Numbered from the stretch's first letter, positions 1 to 12,900 are shown. The stretch: 64,000 nucleotides of DNA from Eledone cirrhosa (GCA_964016885.1 OZ024755.1:36952001-37016000), one strand, 5' to 3'. Numbers and translations: made by a program. Notes: generated by a model from the letters alone, not told the origin.

Positions 1-21
1 TATATATATATATATATATAT

Positions 22-137
22 AACGAAGGAAATGTGGTAAGGAACCAGGTGGACCATAACGCACCAAAGTACTCAATACTTAGGGTAGTAGAGTGGGTAA
101 TAGGAACGAGTAGGACCCCGACGGCTGAGCTCAAGCT
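22..137 (-). mobile_element. PLE-type terminal fragment (family B), between (TA)n tracts
   Basis: Reverse complement of 33655-33770, which follows a partial hammerhead (GAAA-CGGC-ttgagctct-GCCG-TC) and ends in (TA)n. Confidence 0.55.
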
Positions 138-147
138 AATTCTGGAC

Positions 148-189
<42 letters not shown>

Positions 190-206
190 GTGTGCGTTGT
201 GTGTGT

Positions 207-266
<60 letters not shown>

Positions 267-347
267 GTTATTCCGGGTTGAATCGGAGGTAACCACAGTA
301 AGTAAGGTACTCAATACATTGCAGAGTATAAAAGTATTAATATAGAT

Positions 348-400
348 GAGATTCTACAGGACTAGAACTGTTTCATTCTTTAGAAATCATCAGGAATCTC
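348..400 (-). ncRNA. Type I hammerhead ribozyme (family A)
   Basis: Minus strand: GAGATTC CTGATGA TTTCTAAAGAAT GAAA CAG-ttctagtc-CTG TA GAATCTC. 7-bp stem I, canonical core, GUA cleavage triplet. Confidence 0.8.
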
Positions 401-404
401 ATAT

Positions 405-453
405 GATTCCTGTTGATTTCTAAAGAATGAAACAGTTCTAGTCCTGTAGAATC
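405..453 (+). ncRNA. Hammerhead ribozyme, inverted copy with core mutation (CTGTTGA)
   Basis: GATTC CTGTTGA TTTCTAAAGAAT GAAA CAG..CTG TA GAATC; A6 changed to U, probably inactive. Confidence 0.6.
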
Positions 454-491
454 TCATCTATATTAAAACTATATATATATATATATATATA

Positions 492-571
<80 letters not shown>

Positions 572-1264
572 ATAAGCATGTTAACTGCGTATGGTAATGT
601 GTAAGTGGAGCTGTACATTAAGGAGTGTTTAAACAAATATTCTGCAAGTTATACCTCAGACCTAATTAAGGCTTCCGGATCGATATGTTGTTTTGAAAAT
701 AACTCTAATTGCATGTGTATTTAGAAAACAGTTTTAAAAAGAAATTGCTCTTGATATCAATATATTTCTTTATCAACCACTTTTCGAAATCGATTATAAT
801 TTACACAACGAACAGATGGTCATCCCGCTAACCATTTCAATATGTTATTTTCTGAATGTAGCAATGTATTTGAACATAATATTTAAAGTATAATGATACA
901 AACACAGCTTTTTCAACACATCATGAATCGATTGTAATCATTAAATCCGTATAGAACATATACCAATTAATTTAGAGGAGTATTTATTTCGGGAATAGTA
1001 TAGATCAACATCTTCAAGTGACTGACAGTTACATCTTTAAGCTCTGATATATATTGAACACTTCTCGCTATAAGTATGAGTATTTCTGTAGAATACAGTG
1101 GTTTATAGAGATTCACAGAGTTTAATATTTTATATTAGTACATGTAGTGCTGATAGATATCAGGGTGAAACATCGGGGTGTATGAATAGAGAACTTATTT
1201 GGCGTACACATATTAGATGAAACAAAAGTCTACCCAATCTTTCCCCCACTATATAGACTATATA

Positions 1265-1345
1265 TTTCCAGCGCATCTCCCTTGCCGTCCTCCGGGGAAT
1301 CCCCTTCTCCATTCTGTACGCCGGGGCTGTGGGGGAGACAAGCCG
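1265..1345 (+). mobile_element. CRE-like (RLE) LINE 3' fragment
   Basis: Translates FQRISLAVLRGIPFSILYAGAV, matching the QRISLAI.RGNA motif seen in other copies in the window. Confidence 0.6.
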
Positions 1346-1401
1346 ATTACATAACGAATTCTGTTGAATAGTCTTAAACACGTACACTTACATTTGTATA
1401 T

Positions 1402-1433
<32 letters not shown>

Positions 1434-1438
<5 letters not shown>

Positions 1439-1623
1439 CGTTTCTACTTTAGGCACAAGGCCAGCAATTACCCAGTGCATTACTGGTACTTTATTTTATC
1501 GACCCCGTAAGGATGAAAGGCAAAGTCAACCTCGGCGGGATTTGAACTCAGATCGTAAAGATACGTAACTATGCTGGAAAGCATGGCGTCCGACCCTCTA
1601 CCGATACTGCCAATCCACCGCCC
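1434..1623 (-). mobile_element. tRNA-derived SINE, full length (about 190 bp)
   Basis: Minus strand begins GGGCGGTGGATTGGCAGTATCGG (A box), contains GAGTTCAAATCC (B box) and ends AGTAGAAACGATTAT; more than 20 copies in the window. Confidence 0.9.
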
Positions 1624-1644
1624 TAAATATATATATATAGAGAG

Positions 1645-1992
1645 ATTTCTATTTATTTGCCACGAGGGCACAAAAGAAGGGGACAAATACACAGTGGGGG
1701 AGTTTACATAAATCGAGTAAAGAAAAAAAGGAATAACAATAATAATATAATAATAAAAAGTCCTCAAAAGGGAGGGGGCGTGTTGGGGATTGCACATACC
1801 CCCGAAAAGTGTGCAACCCTTTTCGCGGGGGAAGCCCAGAGAGGAGGCGCTCCCCCTTTCCTCTTCACTTCTTCACCTACAGAACAATGTAGAGAGAAGG
1901 CCCATTTACACGAGCCATTCTCGCTTCTTTCACCCACCTTTCATAAAACTGTCTGGGGCCAAGCACTTCTCTCTCCATCCTGATCTCCATCC
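1645..1992 (-). mobile_element. L1/Tx1-like LINE 3' end
   Basis: Minus-strand ORF end MEREVLGPRQFYERWVKEARMARVNGPSLYIVL*, then a 3' UTR ending AATAAA; homologous to 37118-37362 (+). Confidence 0.5.
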
Positions 1993-2306
1993 AGATATAT
2001 ATATATATATAATGACTATATATGCAGGCATACTTACCACTATAGTTAAACCCCTGATTATATATATGATGGACTCTCCTGTCGATATCCGATGTATCAG
2101 TGTCCAACAAAAGTTGATATGAGAAAGTAAACTTATGTTGAACTACCCACACAAAGTTTTGTTTTAAGTGGTGAAGGCTTGTGTAGGACCAACCAGACAT
2201 TTTGGAACTGACGACACATATCTTCGGTGCAAATGTTTGCCACGGAAAATACAACGAGAGCTCTCACAAAAAAAAAAAAATATATATACTAAAAAAATAA
2301 AAACTA

Positions 2307-2499
2307 TTTGGATGGCCGTTGACTCTGGTAATTTCCTCCGCCCTTTGCTGGTTCTTGTATTTCATCCCAGAGGGTGTCCAAATATCATCCTACTCACCAA
2401 GCAAGCTTGGTGGGGGTTGCCAGTTTAGTCGCCGACGAGCCGACCACGAGACAAGTTGCACTGGGTTACATGTTACCAGTAGCACTCGAGAGCAACCTG

Positions 2500-2502
<3 letters not shown>
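2307..2502 (-). mobile_element. Diverged 5' part of the 36421/50461 element family
   Basis: Shares ggtgggggttgccagtttagtcgcc...ctgggttacatgttaccagtagcac with 50980-51070; adjoins (TA)n. Confidence 0.7.
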
Positions 2503-2538
<36 letters not shown>

Positions 2539-2781
2539 GACAATAATTATATTGCAAACTTGACTGTCACCACATATTATGAACCTGAAGATTGCGAAAG
2601 CATGAAAGTACTTGTTCAATTAACACTTAACATTTAATTTAATATTCTATCATACTATTTCATTATAATACCATTATAAATTTTAAAGGATTGTAAATAA
2701 AACGAGTAAATCAGACAAAGTTGGAATTCCTCTTATTAATATAATATTCTATACACAATCATTCACACCCGTGTATATTTC

Positions 2782-3275
<494 letters not shown>

Positions 3276-3667
3276 CTCTCTCTATATATATATGTGTTAG
3301 TTAAGTGTGTAACAACAGTTACAAGGGGCGCACCGATCGAAGCACTCGATGTTACGAGATCCATTTCATTTGGGTTGCATTGTGGATGATGAACATGCTA
3401 ACTTCCGTGTAAGGTTTAATGCTTCTGATATTTTATGTCAGCTCTACGCCTCCACCGAGGTAGAATGCATACAAGAGTGGTATATATCACGACAACTATT
3501 GAATAATATCCCTACTATTTACAGCTGGGAAGATGTTGGCAAGAAACTCCTGTTTATATACACAGAGATAAATGAAATGTCTATCCGAGGTTCAAAGCTA
3601 ATTTTCTGCACAGAGTATTAAATCAAATATCATTTTCACACTCCAGCTTCAAAGAAAATGTGCCACG

Positions 3668-4095
3668 AAACAGTTCTAATGAACCAGTTTAAACAGTTCT
3701 AATGAACCAGTTTAAACAGTTCTAATGAGCCAGTTTAACAACAGTTCTAATGAGCCAGTTTAAACAGTTGTAATGAACCAGTTTAAACAGTTCTAATGAA
3801 CCACTTTAAACAGTTGTAATGAACCAGTTTAAACAGTTGTAATGAACCAGTTTAAACAGTTCTAATGAACCACTTTAAACAGTTGTAATGAACCAGTTTA
3901 AACAGTTGTAATGAACCAGTTTAAACAGTTCTAATGAACCACTTTAAACAGTTGTAATGAACCAGTTTAAACAGCTGTAATGAACAAGTTTAAACAGTTC
4001 TAATGGACCAGTTTAAACAGTTCTAATGAACCAGTTTAAAGTTCTGAGCCAGTTTCCAGTTTAACAACAGGTCTAATGAGCCAGCTTAAACATAT
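3668..4095. repeat. 23-bp minisatellite (AAACAGTTCTAATGAACCAGTTT), about 18 copies
   Basis: Direct tandem periodicity of 23. Confidence 0.95.
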
Positions 4096-4184
4096 TTAAC
4101 GATCCAGTTTCAACGTTTCTAATTAAAGGTAACCGTCACAATATTTTATGATATATCAATGTGGATAATTGTCAATAAATTTCC

Positions 4185-4424
4185 ATTTAAGTTATATATC
4201 AGATAATCAAATTGTGACATCCCACCATTTATGATAAACACACATACATACAGATGCGCGCAACCACACACACACACACACACAATAAATATATATATAT
4301 ATGAGTGTGTGTGTGTGTGTGTGAGTGTGTCTGTGTGTGTGTGAGCCTGTGTACGTGTGTATGTATGTATGTGTTTATATATGGTGGGATGTCACAATTT
4401 GATTATCTGATATAGGACTTAAAT
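4185..4424. repeat. Inverted repeat / fold-back around a (CA)n-(TA)n-(TG)n spacer
   Basis: atcagataatcaaattgtgacatcccacca pairs with tggtgggatgtcacaatttgattatctgat. Confidence 0.8.
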
Positions 4425-4694
4425 TATATTTATATATAGCGCACACACGCGCACACACACGCACATGCACACGCACACACACTTATATATGAGTGTGTGT
4501 GTGAGCGTGTGTGTGCGTGAACTAACTGTTGTGTAACCACTATATATACATATACACACACACATATATATATATAGATATACATACGCACATATATATA
4601 CATATATACATACATATATACATATATATATATACATATACATACACCCCACCCCCACACATATATATATACACACACGTATATACACATATAC

Positions 4695-4728
<34 letters not shown>

Positions 4729-4794
4729 ATATATATATGTACATATATATATACACACACACACATATACATATATATATACATATATATATAT

Positions 4795-4857
<63 letters not shown>

Positions 4858-4885
4858 ATCAAAAGATGGTTAAAGGAGTTCCATG

Positions 4886-4956
4886 TATTTTATTATGCGC
4901 ATTTCAAAAACAAATATCATCATGCAATAATATTTGTGTTTTCATCAGATAAAACA
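4886..4956 (-). ncRNA. Minimal type I hammerhead ribozyme
   Basis: Minus strand: TGTTTTAT CTGATGA [15-bp stem II hairpin] GAAA TGCGCA TA ATAAAATA; palindromic TGCGCA stem III/loop; AUA triplet; between (TA)n tracts. Confidence 0.85.
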
Positions 4957-5035
4957 GGAGAACATGATATGAAGACTAAAAAACCTTCATATCATGTATA
5001 TATATATATACATATTTATATACATGTATATATAA

Positions 5036-5087
<52 letters not shown>

Positions 5088-5092
5088 GTATG

Positions 5093-5130
<38 letters not shown>

Positions 5131-5180
5131 TATGTATCTCTCTCTCTATATATATATATATAGAGAGAGAGAGAGATACA

Positions 5181-5218
<38 letters not shown>

Positions 5219-5274
5219 CATGTATACATACATACATACATGTATATATATATATATATATAGAGTGAGAGAGA

Positions 5275-5340
<66 letters not shown>

Positions 5341-5583
5341 TGATTGTTGATAATATCCGAGCGTGAATAACCAGTTGGATTACTCCCGTGTGTGACATTT
5401 CTTTTTAAGATAACAAATTTGATGGCCCTCTACCTTAAACAAAGTCATTGCTTTCTTTCAACAATAAATCAGGTGGTAGTGTATGGAAACGTGTGGTGAA
5501 AACGCGGATACTGTAAGCTATCTCTGTCGATTGAATGTCCTTTATCACTCCTTAAAAAGTTTACTTCTACACCCAAGCCAAGT

Positions 5584-5908
5584 CATCGATCGCTCTTCGA
5601 TAGGTTTGCGGTCGAGCCCGTGGCAATTGTGACTTCTGGTGTCCTTGGCTCCAGAGCCACCTCCCTGTTCACCACAATCGACACGTTTTTGGCTACCCAC
5701 TTGTGTGCGCCTCGCGAACTGGAATGGCTCTTCTAGCGCGCCTCCCTCACGATTCTCTAGGGAAACGCCTTCCCTATTCTGTCCACTGGAGCAGTCGAGG
5801 GGACTCCACGTGGGCCCCCATTTGCTCACAATAGTGAGAGACGGGCAGAGCGGGAGAGATGGAGGCAGTGACAGTGGGATTTTGGTTCTATGTGATCGGA
5901 CCTGGTGT
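5584..5908 (+). mobile_element. CRE-like (RLE) LINE 3' end, degenerate
   Basis: RSLFDRFAVEPVAIVTSGVLGSRATSLFTTID...PRELEWLF*RASLTIL*GNAFPIL, the C-terminus of a restriction-like endonuclease domain, plus 3' UTR. Confidence 0.7.
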
Positions 5909-6148
5909 ATATATGTGTATATATTAGGCAAATTCATACATCGTAAAATCACAGACATGCGCGCACATATACACACATACTTACACTCATTCACTCACTC
6001 ACCCTCATACACAAACAATCACACACCCGCCTGCACTCTCACAACCAGTGGGTGACATATAAGACATGCATCTAATAAAGATGGCAGTTTATCACATTTC
6101 AAGAAACTCGAGAATGTACTCAATAACTCAACTGTCAATTTAATGGTG

Positions 6149-6238
6149 ACAATCAAATATATGTCCTTCATATAAGAGATTTGGGAATATCAGCTGATAT
6201 TCCCAAATCTCTTATATGAAGGACATATATTTGATTGT
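6149..6238. repeat. Perfect 90-bp palindrome with no spacer
   Basis: 45-bp arms centred on CAG|CTG. Confidence 0.95.
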
Positions 6239-6317
6239 ACATCAAAATAAGTACATCAAATTTTATAAGTACATATATTTGATAAGTACATCAAAATACA
6301 CCCTTGACAGGTGCAAT

Positions 6318-6485
6318 GTGTCCGAACTCAGAAGAGCCGAACTCCCACTGTCATCGTCCCCATCTCTCTCGCCCTCCCCATCTCTCTGTATGGTGAGCAA
6401 ATGGGGTCCCACGTGCTGGCCGCCCCACAGCCTCGGCGGGCGGACAGAATAGAGAAGGCGTTTCCCCGGAGGAGCCCATTTGCAT
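6318..6485 (-). mobile_element. CRE-like LINE 3' fragment
   Basis: LLRGNAFSILSAR plus the same 3' UTR as 5584 and 22645. Confidence 0.65.
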
Positions 6486-7006
6486 TGTGCCACAAACATG
6501 ATATGGCTTGATCTGATAGAAATGTCATTGAAATACCCTCACTGTGATTGGATATAAGCTTGGGATACTATTGATCAGAGGGTAAACAATAATTACAAGA
6601 TATTTAAAGAAAAAAGTACCACCTTAAACCATACTTGCAACACAATTTGGCAATCATATATGCCGTGGTTTATAGTGAACTCTTTAAGAACGAAGTAGAA
6701 AAAATATGTTGCAGTCTTTGATATACGTAAGGATTCTATCCATAAGTCTGCACGATATGAACTGATATGGATCTGAACAACAATCGGAACAATATATTCA
6801 CAACAAAATGGTCTAGTCTAGATTATTCTAGAATCAAATAGTTTCACTTTAATCACAACACAACGTTGAGAACTGGATTCGGTCTTCTCACGTCCTTTCA
6901 TCTGTCGTTTAACTCTCTAACATATACAATTCAACTATTAAAAAAATATTCAATTAGTGACTAATATATAATTAATTCATCTATATACTAATGTATAATT
7001 AATTCA

Positions 7007-7330
7007 TCTATATACTACTAAAATTCTGCGATTGCTTGCTTGCTTGTCTGTAATGTAATACAGCCAAAAGGGCGCATAATGGGAAAATACTTTGAGAGGA
7101 AGTTGACCCTGAAATGTGAATATAAATGGAATAAAACAAGTTTCGCGTAAATCGGAGCACGGGTTCCCGAGATATGGGGTTTTCTCTGTACCTTCTTAAA
7201 GTGAGAGAGAGAGAGAGGAAGAAATAGTGGTTGTGAGAGAGTAGATTGAAAGAGAGACATAGAGAGAGGGAGAGGAGACAGAGAAGGAGAATGGAAGAGA
7301 GAGAGAGAGAGAGAGAGCTGGTGGTGGTGT

Positions 7331-7384
<54 letters not shown>

Positions 7385-7487
7385 AGTATGTGTGTATATA
7401 TATGTATGTGTATATATGTGTGTGCGTCTACGACCAGTGTATGTATATATATATACACACACACACAGATATGTATATATACACACT

Positions 7488-7563
<76 letters not shown>

Positions 7564-7736
7564 CACATTTATATATATACATACACACACATATATATAT
7601 GGGCCTTCCAGTTTCATTTCACATTATATACATGTCTGTGTATATTTTGATTATTTAAAAATTATTTTTAAGTGAACAGGATTTTTAAAAAGATATTTTG
7701 AAGGGAAGATGACCCAACGGGTCACGGGTGGTCTAG
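7007..7736 (+). mobile_element. Non-autonomous Helitron-like element
   Basis: Begins A|TCTATATACTACTAAAA followed by a (GCTT)n run; ends with a subterminal hairpin (gacccaacgggtcacgggt) then CTAG|T; no TSD. Confidence 0.6.
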
Positions 7737-8261
7737 TTTTACTTAAATATCAAATAAAATTAATATTTCATCAAATATATCAAATATATTTTATTTACAT
7801 TTCATATGTCATTTATTTAAATTCGATTTATATATCAATTAATTCTCCCAAATTCAACATTTTAATATAGTTTTATATTAATTGTTACGGGAACATTATT
7901 CTCGACCCCACTGTCTATATGTTTCCTTTCCCTTATATCCTTAGTATACCTGTCACTGTTGGTTTTCTTTAAAATGGTTAAGTTAATATATAATGGAGAA
8001 TCAGACAGATTTCTAATGCAGACAAAAAGCCTTGCATTTACATAAAGAATGTTTCTTGTTACATTAACGCTATTTATTTTATCAACCATTCAATGATTAT
8101 GGGCGAAAACGAGATCATGTGGCGTTTGATGTAACAACATAAAATAATGTAACTAATCCTGATGGACGGCATTTGGAGTGGTCTATAAAAATATCAATTC
8201 TCATGATGAAACCCATATGGAAATGATGTTAGAACCTCACATTTTAAAGGACTTGTAATGT

Positions 8262-8368
8262 ATAATTGTTTCTACTATTGGCACAAGGCCAGTAATTAAT
8301 CAGTACATTACTGGTACTTTATTTTATCGACCCCGTAAGGATGAAAGGCAAAGTTAACCTCGGCGGGA
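8262..8368 (-). mobile_element. tRNA-SINE, 5'-truncated
   Basis: Matches the 3' half of the SINE consensus; flanked by the direct repeat ggacttgtaatg. Confidence 0.85.
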
Positions 8369-8522
8369 CTTGTAATGAATAATGTTAGAAAAATATGTTT
8401 ATGCAGTCCCAGTTATATCTTATATATTATGTAAAAAACAACATTATATACTGTTTATCTCTTTATCTCATATATAAGAACATCTGTGTCGTAAAAAACG
8501 CAATGTTTGCTACCAACTATGA

Positions 8523-8805
8523 CAGTCATGGGCAATCTGCGGCCCGCGAAGCTTTCTGAATGGCTCACCTAAGTCACCTAAGTGAAATCTTACTGATTTT
8601 TTACCCCAACTTTTCAGTCGTAATTTATCTTTCTCTCATTTCGAGGAAAACAACGTGTAGGAATTCTGAAGAAATAAATCAAAACAACCTGAGTTACCAC
8701 CTTGTTTTTAAATGTGGGCACGAACGTAAATTAGCGCTTGCGGCCCACCTGATGATGAGCCATATCTCATGCGGCCCGCTTCTCGAAAAAGGTTGCCCAT
8801 GCCTG
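8523..8805 (+). mobile_element. hAT-superfamily MITE
   Basis: TIRs CAGTCATGGGCAA / TTGCCCATGCCTG with subterminal GCGGCCCGC; perfect 8-bp TSD AACTATGA. Confidence 0.9.
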
Positions 8806-9365
8806 AACTATGATATAGCAAAGTTGCACTTACACGAATTTGGCAGCCATATTTATTTGATTTGTTGTAGTCATATTTGTCTGAACTCAATAATAGGTTT
8901 AAACGTTGGCTTCCTAGATTACATTATTCCAGCGACCTATTATTAGTAGCAGGTAATGATAGAATTCATCTTTACATGTAACTTATGTGGAGTAAATTAA
9001 CTTCAACCTTAATAGAAATTCAAATCAGTTTGTGGATTCAAATTCACTTGAGTTAGATTGAAACTTGCATTATTACGCTTCGTACATTTACCAAATAATT
9101 AGAATATTATCAGATTTCCCTACTCATCGAATAAGTGATCAACTGGCCTGGTAGGAACAGCAACCAAATTTCCCTTAAATCGTATCTTACTGTCATAAAA
9201 CACAAAGTATAAATTAGATAATGTAGTACTAGATACGTGATGTACTAACATATCATGGTATGGTTGCAAGTGAAACTGTTACAGTCATATGCTTACTGAA
9301 TCAAGGTAGTTATCTGACTGAACTCGTAACAACATCAAGGCAGTTTGTATTGTCAATTAAGAAAG

Positions 9366-9519
9366 TAATTGTTTCTACTTCAGCAATTACCCCAGTGCAT
9401 TACTGGTACTATATTTTATCGACCCCATAAGGGGATTTGAACTCAGATCATAAAGGGCGTAACTCTATGCTGCAAAGCATGGCGTCTGCCCCTCTACCGA
9501 TACTGCCAATCCACCACCC
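9366..9519 (-). mobile_element. tRNA-SINE with internal deletions
   Basis: Matches the SINE consensus. Confidence 0.8.
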
Positions 9520-9739
9520 TATTGTCAATGAAGAAAATAATATTACTACGTATAGCTCCTGCTTCACCAAAGTGGAGGGCAGCCCTGGCCACAATCGCCA
9601 GAGCATCCGACAGATAAGTTTCAGTATTTGTTACGGTACTTTATTCTGAGCTCAAAACCCGCTGAGCTTAAATTTAACATTTTTTATTCTAAGGGTCAGT
9701 AAAATAAAGTACCAGTTAAATAGAAGTATTAATATTACC

Positions 9740-10490
9740 TATGGTCATGAATCTTGGGTAATGATCGAAAGAATACGATCGCGAATACAGGCGGCCGAAA
9801 TGGGATCCTGCCGAAGGGTCTTTGGAGTAATGTTACTCGATAAAGTGCGTAACTCGAAGATCAGAGAGTCACTCCAGATAGAGCCCTACTTCTGGGATCC
9901 TTTCGAAGGGTCTTTGGAGTAATGTTACTCGATAAAGTACGTAACTCGAAGATCAGAGAGTCACTCCAGACAGAGCCCTACTTCTAGGATCCTGCCGAAG
10001 GGTCTTTGGAGTAATGTTACTCGATAAAGTACGTAACTCGAAGATCAGAGAGTCACTCGAGGTAGAGCCCTACTTCTGGGATCCTGCCGAAGGGTCTTTG
10101 GAGTAATGTTACTCGATAAAGTACGCAACTCGAAGATCAGAGAGTCACTCCAAGTAGAGCCACTACTTCTCTGAATTGAGAGATCACATACTCTGATACT
10201 ACAAACATTTGGTAAGAATCGCTGAACAGATTTTACGGGTAAAATCAACAGGAATGACCGAGGGGTAGACCCCGAGCAAGATGGTTGGATAACATCCACG
10301 AGCTTGGCTGGTAACTCTTGGGGATTCAGCTGGATCATTTGGAGATGGTTGCTTCTGACAGGACCCGCTGGAAGGAGTGTTTGAGGACTCTGCTCCACAA
10401 CCCTCTCAAGAAGAAGAAGAAGAAGAAGAAGAAGAAGAAGAAGAAGAAGAAGAAGAAGAAGAAGAAGAAGAAGAAGAAGAAGAAGAAGAA
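9740..10490 (+). mobile_element. RTE-clade LINE 3' end with (AAG)n tail
   Basis: YGHESWVMIERIRSRIQAAEMG.CRRVFGVMLLDKVRNSKIRESL..EPLL ... RGRPRARWLDNI ... VASDRTRWKE; (AAG)n tail at 10408-10490. Confidence 0.85.
9802..10170. repeat. Four-copy tandem duplication of a 92-bp RTE coding segment
   Basis: The ggatcc unit start recurs at about 9802, 9894, 9986 and 10078. Confidence 0.9.
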
Positions 10491-11018
10491 GGATGTTATT
10501 GACTATTCCCTTTCTCCAAAACGGCTGACTTCGGGCCTAAATAAGAAATCGTTGTTACGAATAACTCCTAAAATTCAACTACAATATTGAGATCTTACAT
10601 AAACAAATAAAAAATTCGTTTCCAAGTCCCATTTCTAGTATTACGAGCTTACGATAGTAATTAATAACATTTACCATAGTATAAAAGTAGTATACTGATT
10701 AATCATAGATTTCACACACAAGCATACAGACATACACACCTACACAAACACATACATACAAGCTCACACACACACATATATACGATGGATGAAGGATGAT
10801 GGAATGCAAAAATAGAAAAGTGTTATCCTGAAATTAATTGGCAAGTACCTGAACATTCCAATAACATGGGCACCCTTAATCTCAGAAAGAGCAGAGTGGT
10901 ATAGTCTATGATAAAACTGGATTTGGGAATTACAGGAACAACTTTGGTTTGTCAGTTGAGTGGACTGGAGTAAGAGAAGAGACTTGCTCAAGGACACGAT
11001 ACCTGTAAATTTAGCTCC

Positions 11019-11218
11019 NNNNNNNNNNNNNNNNNNNNNNNNNNNNNNNNNNNNNNNNNNNNNNNNNNNNNNNNNNNNNNNNNNNNNNNNNNNNNNNNNN
11101 NNNNNNNNNNNNNNNNNNNNNNNNNNNNNNNNNNNNNNNNNNNNNNNNNNNNNNNNNNNNNNNNNNNNNNNNNNNNNNNNNNNNNNNNNNNNNNNNNNNN
11201 NNNNNNNNNNNNNNNNNN
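11019..11218. other. Assembly gap (200 N)
   Basis: Run of N next to a long minisatellite. Confidence 1.
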
Positions 11219-12900
11219 TTATTTCAGTATACATTTGTCTGGTATTTCAGTATACATTTGTCTGGTATTTCAGTATACATTTGTCTGTTATTTCAGTATA
11301 CATTTGTCTGTTATTTCAGTATACATTTGTCTGGTATTTCAGTATACATTTGTCTGCTATTTCAGTATACATTTGTCTGGTATTTCAGTATAAATTTGTC
11401 TGGTATTTCAGTATACATTTGTCTGTTATTTCAGTATACATTTGTCTGTTATTTCAGTATACATTTGTCTGGTATTTCAGTATACATTTGTCTGGTATTT
11501 CAGTATACATTTGTCTGGTATTTCAGTATACATTTGTCTGTTATTTCAGTATACATTTGTCTGTTATTTCAGTATACATTTGTCTGTTATTTCAGTATAC
11601 ATTTGTCTGGTATTTCAGTATACATTTGTCTGGTATTTCAGTATACATTTGTCTGGTATTTCAGTATACATTTGTCTGGTATTTCAGTATACATTTGTCT
11701 GGTATTTCAGTATACATTTGTCTGGTATTTCAGTATACATTTGTCTGTTATTTCAGTATACATTTGTCTGTTATTTCAGTATACATTTGTCTGTTATTTC
11801 AGTATACATTTGTCTGGTATTTCAGTATACATTTGTCTGGTATTTCAGTATACATTTGTCTGGTATTTCAGTATACATTTGTCTGGTATTTCAGTATACA
11901 TTTGTCTGGTATTTCAGTATACATTTGTCTGTTATTTCAGTATACATTTGTCTGTTATTTCAGTATACATTTGTCTGTTATTTCAGTATACATTTGTCTG
12001 GTATTTCAGTATACATTTGTCTGGTATTTCAGTATACATTTGTCTGGTATTTCAGTATACATTTGTCTGGTATTTCAGTATACATTTGTCTGTTATTTCA
12101 GTATACATTTGTCTGTTATTTCAGTATACATTTGTCTGTTATTTCAGTATACATTTGTCTGTTATTTCAGTATACATTTGTCTGTTATTTCAGTATACAT
12201 TTGTCTGGTATTTCAGTATACATTTGTCTGGTATTTCAGTATACATTTGTCTGGTATTTCAGTATAAATTTGTCTGGTATTTCAGTATACATTTGTCTGT
12301 TATTTCAGTATACATTTGTCTGGTATTTCAGTATACATTTGTCTGGTATTTCAGTATACATTTGTCTGGTATTTCAGTATATATTTGTCTGGTATTTCAG
12401 TATACATTTGTCTGGTATTTCAGTATACATTTGTCTGGTATTTCAGTATACATTTGTCTGTTATTTCAGTATACATTTGTCTGGTATTTCAGTATACATT
12501 TGTCTGGTATTTCAGTATACATTTGTCTGGTATTTCAGTATACATTTGTCTGGTATTTCAGTATACATTTGTCTGGTATTTCAGTATACATTTGTCTGTT
12601 ATTTCAGTATACATTTGTCTGTTATTTCAGTATACATTTGTCTGGTATTTCAGTATACATTTGTCTGGTATTTCAGTATACATTTGTCTGGTATTTCAGT
12701 ATACATTTGTCTGTTATTTCAGTATACATTTGTCTGGTATTTCAGTATACATTTGTCTGGTATTTCAGTATACATTTGTCTGTTATTTCAGTATACATTT
12801 GTCTGGTATTTCAGTATACATTTGTCTGTTATTTCAGTATACATTTGTCTGTTATTTCAGTATACATTTGTCTAGAATATCAGTAACATTTGTCTGGTAT
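11219..12900. repeat. 23-bp minisatellite TATTTCAGTATACATTTGTCTG(G/T), about 73 copies
   Basis: Highly homogeneous tandem array with a G/T dimorphism; the long ORFs here are artefacts. Confidence 0.98.

Larger units (their letters stand above)
265..465. mobile_element. PLE pseudo-LTR-like terminus (family A) with fold-back duplication
   Basis: 265-400 matches the reverse complement of 40711-40848; 337-398 and 405-466 are inverted copies of each other; (TA)n on both sides. Confidence 0.7.

Noticed and set aside
1434-1623. tRNA genes at A/B-box motifs
   Set aside because: The boxes belong to multi-copy SINE heads; no cloverleaf or anticodon arm could be folded.
2204-2245. CTGACGA-CAC..GTG-CAAA hammerhead-like string (similar strings at 60180, 32397 and 38346)
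   Set aside because: GAAA or CUGA mismatched and no convincing stem I or III; likely chance or too decayed to call.
7862-8089. 75-aa non-repetitive ORF as a host exon
   Set aside because: No recognisable domain, no convincing splice sites and no neighbouring exons; short ORFs are expected by chance.
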